A DNA stretch of 64,000 nt from Octopus sinensis (Eukaryota). The position numbers and the translations under genes are program-made. The stretch spans positions 8,742,001 to 8,806,000 of the forward strand of contig NC_043003.1 of assembly GCF_006345805.1 (NCBI RefSeq). Reading direction: 5' to 3'. This document shows, piece after piece, positions 51,985 through 62,890 of the stretch; position 1 is the stretch's first letter, and the number at the start of each line of letters is the position of its first letter. Below the pieces are notes generated by a model. That model did not search any database, was not told where the DNA came from, and worked only from the letters and a program-made list of their open reading frames with translations.

Positions 51985-53290
51985 ATGGCTGCCCCCCTCG
52001 CTATCGAGTATGGCCATTGCACGGAGCTTAACTGTTATTGGTGCTGTGATCGAATGTGACTTTTTAGCCCAGCTAAAGATCTACAATGTCTTGTACAGAA
52101 TTGGCAGCTAAAACCTTTACCGGTAATAGCCGGCTGTAGTTGTAACTGGGCTTCATGTACCTTTGCATGTCGTTTAAGTCCTCCTGCCGAATTACTCTCT
52201 CTTCCACATGACCGACAGATATAATTAGTATGGTGTGTTACACCACCACCAGTGGCCAAGTTGTCACTCATCTGTCTCGCTTTATGACTAAGAAGATGAC
52301 TCTTTAGTCCAGCTTTACTGAGGCAGGGTCTTGCACAGACATTGCATGTCAGCATCAAAGGAAGACCCTTTCCATCTAGAAGTGTAACAGCAATGCCCTT
52401 CCTAAAATCCCTCCTTTCTTTCTCATGTGCAACTCGAGATTTCTCAAAAGTGGCTGTCCCCTCATGCACAATCCTTCTCCACCTGCTACGATCAATAGCT
52501 ATGCCTTCCCATGTGCCAGGAGAGATGCAAGCATCTCTTAAGGAAGCCTTCAGCAAGTCCTTATACCTCTTTTTTGGTTTATGTGGAGGTCGTTATCTTT
52601 AGCTAACTCTCCATAAAAGAGTTGTTTTGGCATCCTTGAATCCTTCATCCTGACCAGATGACCACTCCATCTGAGCCTTTCCTCAAAGCTTCTATACTTT
52701 CACACCGAGAGCCTTCCAATATTTCAAGATCACTGATGCGGACCTTCCACTTAATGCCATAGATCCGTCTGAGGCACATCTGATGGAAACGTTCCAGTTG
52801 TTTAAGGTGGTACCGATATGTGACCCACGTCTCGCAGGCATTGAGAAGAGAAGGGAGCACACATGCCTTGTACACTTTTATCTTTGTCTTTCTGCATATG
52901 TCTCGCCGACTCCAGAGGCGCTTTTCTAGCCTTCCGAAAGCAACACTTGCTTTCCTAATTCTATATGGAATTTCATCATCCAAATTGCTATATCTATTAA
53001 TAGTGCTTCCCAGGTAGACAAACTGATCAACTACATCAAGTCGTTTACCATACACATAGATATTTGGTACACTATACTGCTTACCAGGGGCAGGTTGATG
53101 CATGACAACAGTTTTCTTGAAATTGTCTGTCAATCCTAAGGCAGTGCAAGCATCAGAGAATGCATTCAAAATGTGTTGCATATCAATCGCTATGTGTGCT
53201 ACTAGCTCACAATCATCTGCATACAAAAGGTCTCTTATGATAGAGGTAAATACCTTTGTTTGTGCAGCAAGGCGCCTGATATTAAATATA
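51985..53290 (-). mobile_element. RTE-clade LINE, 5'-truncated, RT C-half plus three C2H2 zinc fingers
   Basis: DLLYADDC..FVYLGS..RIRKASVAFGRL..CETW..LRWSGHLVRM..PKQLFYGEL, then CNVCARPCLSKAGLKSHLLSH, CRSCGRESNSAGGLKRHAKVH and CQFCTRHCRSLAGLKSHIRSQH. Two frameshifts (about 52675 and 52595); flanked by (TACA)n. Confidence 0.95.
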
Positions 53291-53497
53291 TACATATACA
53301 TACCTACATACATACATACATACATACATACATACATACATACATACATACATACATACATACCTACATACATACCTACTACATACATACCTGTAACATA
53401 TATATACATTAACTATATACATAATATATATATATATTATATATATATATAGATAATAAATCTTAGAGCGAGTTCTAAACAGTAGCTGCAACACATC

Positions 53498-53591
53498 GTA
53501 ACGTATATTTGCCATTTAAACATGGCTAACCCCTAACTACAGTAGCATCCACCCTTAGGGGTTAGCCATGTTTAAATGGCATATACGTCAC
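53498..53591. repeat. Short palindromic element (27-bp perfect arms, 18-nt loop)
   Basis: TGCCATTTAAACATGGCTAACCCCTAA (53510-53536) / TTAGGGGTTAGCCATGTTTAAATGGCA (53555-53581). Confidence 0.85.
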
Positions 53592-53624
53592 TATATATAT
53601 ATATATATATATATATCTAACAAA

Positions 53625-53662
53625 CTGTCTGATGAACGGCAACGAGAAATTCAGAGTAACAG
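53625..53662 (+). ncRNA. Minimal type I hammerhead-like motif in a Penelope-type repeat
   Basis: CTGT-CTGATGA-A-CG(GCAA)CG-A-GAAA-TTCAGAG-T-A-ACAG: intact core boxes, GUA triplet, 4-bp stem I. Confidence 0.6.
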
Positions 53663-53704
53663 ATTTTGTTGAATTTTCTGCTGCTTTAAATAAAGTATAT
53701 ATAT

Positions 53705-53758
<54 letters not shown>

Positions 53759-54106
53759 GTGGTGTTATTAAGTAGACATGGCCTGGACCATCTTTGGTCG
53801 AAACATATCTAAGTTTATCTAAGTCTAATTTATATATATATATATATATAATATATATCATATATATTTATCAGTTGAATAAAGTTAAAACATGGACTGG
53901 TTTTCACGATTTTTATTAGGGTATTTTAAAGAAATATTATTTTTTTTACCATGTTGAAGTGTGTGAAACGTTAACGAAAAAAATATTTTGCAATGTTCAT
54001 GAGGTTCAATTAGCGCTTTCATACGTCCGTACCAATCATCAGATTTCAAAAGGTATTTAACCGACAGTTGAGTTCTTGCTGATTTCTTCCTTTTTCTTCC
54101 TCTTAG

Positions 54107-54261
54107 AAGGCCCCCTGCAAGCTGAATTTTCGGAATACGGTTTTGACCAATCTGCAGGCAGCTTAAACATCACGGTTTGCCTGGTGTACCGATATTACTG
54201 GCATAGATCCTGCCTTTATTTTAACCAATTAGCCTGCGGCTTACATGAAAGAGTTTTATGG
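54107..54261 (+). other. Candidate internal exon (155 nt), host transcript unknown
   Basis: Branch-like CTGAT, 20+ nt pyrimidine tract and TTAG acceptor (54105-54106); G|GTGAGC donor after 54261; one frame open throughout. Peptide not recognised. Confidence 0.4.
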
Positions 54262-54436
54262 GTGAGCAAACTTAGTTGGTTTCGATCGTTTTTATTCAGT
54301 TGATTAGAGCCATCCATAATTTGTTTATATTCATATGTTAAAGATATGTTTTAATCCACATCATTAACTGGTTGTTGTTATTGTACGTAAATATACATCC
54401 GTAAATACGCATGCACACGCACACAAACATATATAC

Positions 54437-54514
<78 letters not shown>

Positions 54515-54680
54515 TTGTATTTACGTATGTATGAACGTATATACATAAATATGTACATACATACGTCATAATAAAACCAAGATTACATTAATGTGACGAG
54601 TTCCACAATACTTTTCAAATTCAAATTTATTATTCATGAAAAAGTATATAATTGACAAATATCCACAATATTCTTGTTTA

Positions 54681-54719
<39 letters not shown>

Positions 54720-55174
54720 TATATACGTAATGTTTGTGCGTGTGCATGTATATATGTATGTACATAAATTGGGCGTGGTAGGTGTCGGATATAGTGTTTT
54801 TGTAATATTAAATACGTAATCATTTATACAAGTAGCCACTATACTCTATATATTTTGGAAACTAGCCATTAAATTAGCATTTTTATAATGAATTTGAAAT
54901 GACTTACGCTTATATTAAATAATTAATATTCATAGAACATAGGGCGGCAAGCTGGCGAAATCGCTAGCGCGCCTGGGCAGAATGCTTAGCGGCATTTCGT
55001 CCGTTTTTGCGTTGAGTTCAAAATTCTACCGAAGGCGACTTTGCCTTTCATCTTTTCTGGATCGATAAAATAAGGACCATTTGGGCGGTGATGGTCGATC
55101 CAATCGACTTATCTCCTCCTCCGAAATTGTTCGTCGCGTGCCAAATTATAAAACCAATATTTATAGATTATCAG

Positions 55175-55405
55175 TTTTTTTTAATTACCCACAAGGGGCT
55201 AAACACAGAGGGGACAAACAAGGACAGACAAACGGATTAAGTCGATTACATCGACCCAGTGCGTAACTGGTACTTAATTTATCGACCCCGAAAGGATGAA
55301 AGGCAAAGTCGACCTCAGCAGAATTTGAACTCAGAACGTAACGGCAGACGAAATACGGCTACGCATTTCGCCCGGCGAGCTAACGCTCCTGCCAGCTCGC
55401 CGCCT
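55175..55405 (-). mobile_element. SINE family A with ~22-bp TSD, inserted at the tail of an older A-like SINE (54945-55160)
   Basis: AACCAATATTTATAGATTATCA on both sides (about 55152-55173 and 55411-55432). Confidence 0.88.
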
Positions 55406-55639
55406 TATATAACCAATATTTATAGATTATCATCATTTTGAGAATGCTATTGGCACATTATGTGGTGCCTTTCAGGGAAGTTTGTTCCAATGGAAAATTC
55501 GGACCAGGGTTCTGCAAGCGGCTGTCGTAAGACCAATGTGCTCCGGCACCCTCTACATTCCTATAAATGTACTACGGCCCCAAAATGATACTAAGTAATA
55601 AGACTAAACCTGCCGAGTTTAGGTTCGTTTATTATTAAC

Positions 55640-55975
55640 ATTTTGGTGGGTGGGATGTATCTCACTCTCTCCTCTTACGGATTCAGTTTCACTGCACAGC
55701 ACCTTGGGCAAGAGTCTCCTCCTATAATCGCTGGCTGAGAAATACTTTGTGAACGATTTTGGATGACGGAAACTGTGTGGAACCCGGCTTGTGTGTGTGT
55801 GTGTGTGTATGTATTTGTCCCACCACACTGCTTTGCAACCGGTGTTGCATTATTTACGTCTCCCTAACCGAAGTGTTCGGGGAAAAGAGGCCGTTAGGAT
55901 AATCACGAGGTTGGAAAAGTCGGTGCCCTAGCATGGCCACAATCCAATGACTACAACAAGTGAAAGACAAAAAAA
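55640..55975 (+). mobile_element. SINE family B variant (decayed)
   Basis: GCACCTTGGGCAAGAG..GACGGAAACTG..(TG)n..GGTGCCCTAGCATGGCCACA tail. Confidence 0.7.
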
Positions 55976-56109
55976 GAAATATAAAAAATACAGAATCCAC
56001 ACCAAAATAATATATTTTCAATTCGCTCATCAACATAGACCTTCAAAATATTTCTTTACAAGTGTGACGCCACTGTATCCAAATAATAATAATAATAATA
56101 ATAATAATT

Positions 56110-56820
56110 ATGTAATGAAAACATGTAATGAAAAGAAATATTACAAGTAACTGCAGAATATGTGGAGATGGACAAGAAACAATAAATCATATTATCTCTA
56201 GCTTCCCAGTCCTGGCTAAGAAGGAATATATTCACAGACATGACAGAGTTGGAACCTACATACATTGGAAGCTATGCCAACATTATGGAATAATAACAGA
56301 AAAAAGATGGTATAGGCACACACCAGAAAAGGTCACAGAAAACGAGAAAGCAACCATACTCTGGGATATGCCGATACACACAGATAGAGAAATTAAGGCC
56401 AACAGACCAGATATAGTTGTCAGAGATCATGAAGAAAAAAAATGCTTTCTAATTGATGTATCTATACCGGCAGATGACAACGTGTCTCTAAAAGAAATGG
56501 AGAAACTCTCAAAATACAAAGACCTGGAAATAGAGGTAACTAGAATGTGGAATCTGAAAACAGAAACAATTCCTATCATAGTAGGTGCATTAGGCATGAT
56601 AAAAAAATATTCAGACAAATACATAACAAAAACACCATGACTTACAAACACATATAACATACAGAAAATTGCACTACTAGGCACTGCACACATCCTACGC
56701 AGAACACTTTCCATACAATAACCATCAGAGCATCACAACAAATCACAGCACATACCCAAGGCACACAGAGCTGCGCTCGGTAGTGAAGTGAAAGCACGCT
56801 ATAAAAATAAAACTACTGAA
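56110..56820 (+). mobile_element. R4/Dong-clade non-LTR retrotransposon, 3' part (CCHC + RLE endonuclease) in (TAA)n
   Basis: ORF 56128-56640: CRICGDGQETINHIISS..RHD..RPDIVV..LIDVSIP..EKLSKY..IPIIVGALG; after one stop, IQKIALLGTAHILRRTL; (TAA)n on both flanks, the known Dong target. Confidence 0.93.
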
Positions 56821-56849
56821 TAATAATAATAATAATAATAATGATAATA

Positions 56850-57285
56850 ATATTGCTTGTCAGTTGTTTGACCTTAACCAGTTGAGCATGTCCCTTAGTG
56901 GCTGACGATATGTGCATCTCTGATCACGAGCAGAAGTAGTGGGGGAGCATCATAGCCATGTGTTGAGAGGGATTCTTTGGGGTTTGAATAATTCACCTCT
57001 GGAAACATGGGTGGTTCTTTCAACATCCTTAAACAACCCTTATTCAGAGACCTTTTGAGCGGGATGGGCTACTCAACCTGAATAAAATTCTAACTGGGCC
57101 CCACCTGCAAGGTCATGTGCTGTTTATCTTAATATGAGATCACCATGTCGCGCACATATGGTTGTGATGCATGTGCCTGGTGTACCCTTATCAGACGGGT
57201 AGTCATGATGGGTATATTGGGCTTCGTATATTTTACCCCAGTGTCACTTTGATGGCATGCACTGCTCTCTCACTCAATAATAATA
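56850..57285 (+). mobile_element. (TAA)n-associated non-coding retroposon segment
   Basis: Second copy at 13420-13900 (minus); ends in (TAA)n. Confidence 0.75.
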
Positions 57286-57292
57286 ATAATAA

Positions 57293-57524
<232 letters not shown>

Positions 57525-57914
57525 CCGCCCTCCCATCCCCACCACCTCTTCCCCGAGCGAGGAAATTTCTTTTTTCTTTCGGTCGGGTCGTCGGCATCCT
57601 CGCAGAGCTTCCTCTGGTAGAAGGGTGTATGTTTCTTGCTATTTTGACACCCTAGAGGAAGAAAAACAAGACCTGTATAAAGGCTAATGAACTCTTACGG
57701 GGCAACGGCCACCAAAATAGCATATATCTAGGGGGCAGAAGCAATCATAACGCTTGAACACCCCTTCTTGGAGACGGAAACTCCAAAACTTATACCAGGA
57801 TTACAGGAATCCTATATCCTAGGGTAGATATCCTGTCAGTGATGGTGCCACGGAGAGAAAATACTGGTGGTTGTGCAACCTACAATTCACTAACCCTCAT
57901 CGTGATTGCTGAAA

Positions 57915-58426
57915 TCTATATATATAAAACTGTAGTTGTGTGAGTGTCTGTCCCCTTCGGTTTAGATTCCTAACTACTCCCACATTTTGCGATGCAGTTT
58001 AACCAAATTCGGGTATCTTATAGTCGTGATTCATATCGAGCCCGTCTGAGTATTAGCGCGCGTCTACGATGAGTCTACGATTTTAAAATAATTTAACATC
58101 ATTTTTTATTCCATTTTAATGCATAATTTTTCGTGTGTCGATGGCGACGGAGTTGGCGTCCATGGTCACACCTGCACCTGTTTGCTTCTCCCCCTTCTTC
58201 CCTCCCTCGTGAAGCTGTGGGGAAGGGAGTGTAAGGAAATCAACGTCGTAAAGCGTTGTCAAGGAGACCAGCGTTCTTTTAGAACAACGACTTCATGGCT
58301 TGAAGACACCAAAACAGAAATGGCTAAGAAAGTCCGAATTGGCATCTATAAGGGAAGTAACTCTCTAAAAATGCTTATATAGTTATTTCCCTTACAAACC
58401 CGAGCAACGCCGGGCGATACTGCTAG
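57915..58426 (+). mobile_element. Non-autonomous Helitron with an extra internal segment
   Basis: A^TC...CTAG^T; hairpin CCCGAGCAACGCCGGG; about 58130-58345 is absent from the 7720 copy. Confidence 0.88.
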
Positions 58427-59403
58427 TATCAAATAAAAATAGAAATAAGAAAGGCGTGAAGGGGGCTGGAACCCCTTTGAATGTCTCTGCTCGTCGGGTG
58501 TCACACGGGTGAGCAGCGTGGGCCCAGTCGCCATCAAGTAACTGCTAAAAGAAGATGAACAAAAGAAATGAATGTGGTTGTAATGGAGTGCTACTTTTTG
58601 GGTAACCTGAGAAATGATAATGAAGTACCCACTAGGAGATATAGGAAAAGAATGCACAGGCCATGGAGCGACAGGGGCCTATTTGAATTAAGTGAACGAA
58701 ATGTGTGTGATCAAACTAGAGCCATCAGAAAGAATGAATGGTTATCTCTCGTTGGACTCGAAAGCATTAAGAGACGGGTGCTTAGGGATAGTAAGACTAG
58801 CGGAGAACGGAAGGATGAGGAAGTGAAACTATGGCAGCAGAGTTGAAGGAAGAAAATGAGCATGAGGCTGAGATTATTGATCAGGAAAGCGAAGAGAGAA
58901 CCGAGGAGCAAATATCCATTCTAAATGAAATCATTGATATTTGGATCTCTGGTGAATAGAGCCTCCCTACAGGGTTTAAAAAATAGACAGAAGAAACTCA
59001 ATGAATGGGTCAGGAAGAAAAATGATATCATTGGTGATATCAGAACTGACAACAACACAGACACCAGCAATCTGATGAATGCAATATCTCGATCTTTATA
59101 GCCCGGAAGTTAAGTTTGAAAGCCAAAGGTAAATGTCAACAGAACCTGAAGGAACCATGGTGGAAAAGGAGAATAACGCAATATATTAACGAGACCAGAA
59201 AACATATTGATATTCTGGAACGGTAAAAGAGAAATGAAGCTCAGCGGAAGAAATATGTTGAGCTAGAGAGGAAGTATGGCGTGAAGAGAAAGGGAATCAA
59301 TGTTATGATTGAGGAATTGAAAGCTAAAGAGCATAAACTAAAGAGATATGAACAGAGAATTGAGCAGTTAAGATTAAGCAGACTTTTCGAACAAAATCAG
59401 AAA

Positions 59404-59814
59404 TAGGCGCAGGAGTGGCTGTGTGGTAAGTAGCTTGTCTACCAACCACATGGTTCCAGGTTCAGTCCCACTGCGTGGCACCTTGTGTAAGTATCTTCTA
59501 CTATAGCCTCGGGCCGACCAAAGCCTTGTGAGTGGATTTGGTAGACGGAAACTGAAAGAAGCCCGTCGTATATATGTATATATATATATATGCGTGTGTG
59601 TGTTTGTGTGTCTGTGTTTGTCCCCTAGCATTGCTTGACAACCGATGCTGGTGTGTTTATGTCCCCGTTACTTAGCGGTTCGGAAATAGAGACCGATAGA
59701 ATAAGTACTGGGCTTACAAAAGAATAAGTCCCGGGGTCGAGTTGCTCGATTAAAGGTGGTGCTCCAGCATGGCCGTAGTCAAATGACTGAAACAAGTAGA
59801 AAGAGAAGAAAGAG
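59404..59814 (+). mobile_element. Full-length SINE family B with ~50-bp target duplication
   Basis: Flanking direct repeat at 59354-59403 and 59815-59862. Confidence 0.92.
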
Positions 59815-60239
59815 AGAGAATTGAGCAGTTAAGATTAAGCACTTTTCGAACAAAATCAGAAACGAGTCTATTAGGAACTGGATGGGAAATAAAAAGGTGA
59901 AAAAACTGTGCCGGATGCTCAAGAAAGTAAGAGATTCTGGTCTAACATATGGTCTCAGGAGAAACTACAAGAAACTGAAGCAGACTTGTTAAAGACACTC
60001 AAAGAGGAGAGTGGAGAGTATCAGCAGGAGGATTTGAGAATAACCTAGGAGATTATTGGAGATCAGTGCAAGAGAATTCCTAATTGGAAAGCGCCTGGCC
60101 CAGATGGAGTTCAGGGCTGTTGGTTTAAAAACTTGACAGCCCTCCACAGGAGAACTGCAAGATAGATGGACGAAATACTGAGTAGTGACATCCGAGTACC
60201 GGCCTGGATGACAAAAGGAAGAACGGTACTATGACAGAA

Positions 60240-61882
60240 GGCGGCGAGCTGGCAGAAGCGTTAGCACGCCGGGCGAAATGCTTTGCGGTATTTCGTCTGC
60301 CGTTACGTTGTGAGTTCAAATTCCGCCGAGGTCGACTTTGCCTTTCATCCTTTCGGGGTCGGTAAATTAAGCACCAGTTACGCACTGGGGTCGATGTAAT
60401 CGACTTAATACCTATGTCTGTCCTTGTTTGTCCCCTCTATGTTTAGCCCCTTGTGGGTAATAAAGAAATAGGTTTAAAAACTTGACAGCCCTCCACAGGA
60501 GAACTGCAAGATAGATGGACGAAATACTGAGTAGTGACATCCGAGTACCGGCCTGGATGACAAAAGGAAGAATGGTACTATGACAGAAGGATCCAAAGAA
60601 AGAGAAAGCGGTAAGAAATTTCCGACCAATATCTTGTTTGCCACTGATGTGTAAACTGATGACTGGCATCATATCAAACAACATTTATAAATACCTAGAA
60701 GATAACGACCTGCTACTAGTGGAACAAGAAAGGTGTAGACGTAAGAGTAGAGGAACGAAGGATCAATTACTAATCGATAAGACTATCCTGGCTTATTGCA
60801 AGAATAGACACAAAACGAGGCAGCAAGCTGGCAGAATCGTTAGCACGTCGTGAGAAATGCTTAGTAGTATTTCGTCTGCCGTTACGTTCTGAGTTCAAAT
60901 TCCACCGAGGTCGACTTTGCCTTTCATCCTTTCGGGATCGATAAATTAAGTACCAGTTACGCACTGGGGTCGATATAATCGACTTTATTCCCTTTGTCTG
61001 TCCTTGTTTGTCCCCTCCGTCTTTAGCCCCTTGTAGGTAGTAAAGAAATAGGTATTTCGCCCGCCGCTACGTTCTAGTTCAAATTCCGCCGAGGTCGACT
61101 TTGCCTTTCATCCTTTCGGGGTCGGTAAATTAAGCACCAGTTACGCACTGGGGTCGATGTAATCGACTTAATACCTATGTTTGTCCCCTCTATGTTTAGC
61201 CCCTCTTGGGTAATAAAGAAATAGGTACTATGACAGAAGGACCCAAAGAAAGGGAAAGCGGTTAGAAATTTCCGACCAATATCTTGTTTGCCTCTGATGT
61301 GGAAACTGATGACTGGCATCATATCAAACAACATTATAAATACCTAGAAGACAACGACCTGCTACTAGTGGAACAAGAAAGGTGTAGACGTAAGAGTAGA
61401 GGAACGAAGGATCAATTACTAATCGATAAGACTATCCTGGCTTATTGCAAGAATAGACACAAAACGAGGCAGCAAGCTGGCAGAATCGTTAGCACGTCGG
61501 GCGAAATGCTTAGTAGTATTTCGTCTGCCGTTACGTTCTGAGTTCAAATTCCACCGAGGTCGACTTTGCCTTTCATCCTTTCGGCGTCGATAAATTAAGT
61601 ACCAGTTACGCACTGGGGTCGATATAATCGACTTTATTCCCTTTGTCTGTCCTTGTTTGTCCCCTCCGTGTTTAGCCCCTTGTGGGTAGTAAAGAAATAG
61701 GTATTTCGCCCGCCGCTACGTTCTGAGTTCAAATTCCGCCGAGGTTGACTTTGCCTTTCGTCCTTTCGGGGTCGATAAATTAAGTACCAGTTACGCACTG
61801 GGGTCGATGTAATCGACTTAATCCGTTTGTCTGTCATTGTTTGTCCCCTCTATGTTTAGCCCCTTGTGGGTAGTAAAAGAAT
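60240..61882 (+). mobile_element. Three SINE family A insertions (60240-60470, 60816-61223, 61465-61882) with duplicated host DNA
   Basis: 120-bp repeat at 60122-60241 / 60471-60590; 650-bp-period repeat starting at 60574 and 61224; 16-bp TSD AAGAATAGACACAAAA. Confidence 0.92.
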
Positions 61883-62411
61883 AAGAATAGACACAAAAAT
61901 TTGGCGATGGCGTGGGTGGACTACAGGAAAGCATATGACATGGTCCCTAGGAAAAAAACATTAGGGACGATAAAAGAGCAAAACACTGAGAGAGAGAGAG
62001 AGAAAGAGAGAGAGTGTGTGTGTGTGTGTGGTGTGTGTGTGTGTGTGTGTGTGTTTGCGCGCGCGCGTGTATGATAGTAATTCTTTCTACTCACCAACAG
62101 ATGTCTCTTCTTTCATAACCTACATTCATCGCCTTACTTGCCATGTCATTTATATTTCTGTTTTGCTTGTCTTGGTTCAGGTTTGTTACTGTCACGAGCG
62201 AATGGGTTCTATAAATACCTACCCCCATATCTGTTTCTAAGGACATACCTGTACTGAATCTCAGTACTGTTAATGTCAGAGCTTAGCATATTACACATCT
62301 GCTCATACATACATTTATATGCACCCTTCTCTTTTCTATATATATATATTTATGTATGCATTGGTATATATATATATATCTCAACTCTAACTCACTCAGA
62401 AATATATATAG

Positions 62412-62453
<42 letters not shown>

Positions 62454-62459
62454 TATATA

Positions 62460-62851
62460 TATTACTGTTTCAGTCATTTGACTGCGGCCATGCTGGAGCA
62501 TCGCCTTTAGTAGAACAAATCGACCCTGGGACTTATTCTTTGTAAGCCCAGTACTTATTCTATCGGACTCTTTTTGCCGAACCGCTAAGTTACGGGGACG
62601 TAAACACACCAGCATCGGTTGTCAAGCAATGTTAGGGGGACAAACACACACACAAACACACACACATACATATATATATATACATATATACGACAGGCTT
62701 CTTTCAGTTTCCGTCTACCAAATCCACTCACAAGGCATTGGTCGGCCCGGGGCTATAGTAGAAGACACTTGCCCAAGGTGCCACGCAGTGGGACTGAACC
62801 CGGAACCATGTGGTTGGTAAGCAAGCTACTTACCACACAGCCACTCCTGCG

Positions 62852-62855
<4 letters not shown>
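62460..62855 (-). mobile_element. SINE family B
   Basis: Full match to the family B consensus. Confidence 0.9.

Positions 62856-62888
<33 letters not shown>

Positions 62889-62890
<2 letters not shown>

Noticed and set aside
53531-53560. Telomere-like CCCTAA/TTAGGG
   Set aside because: Single units forming the arms of a palindrome, not an array.
53770-53815. Hammerhead-like GACC/GGTC-GAAAC hairpin
   Set aside because: No CUGANGA-type box upstream and no stem I.
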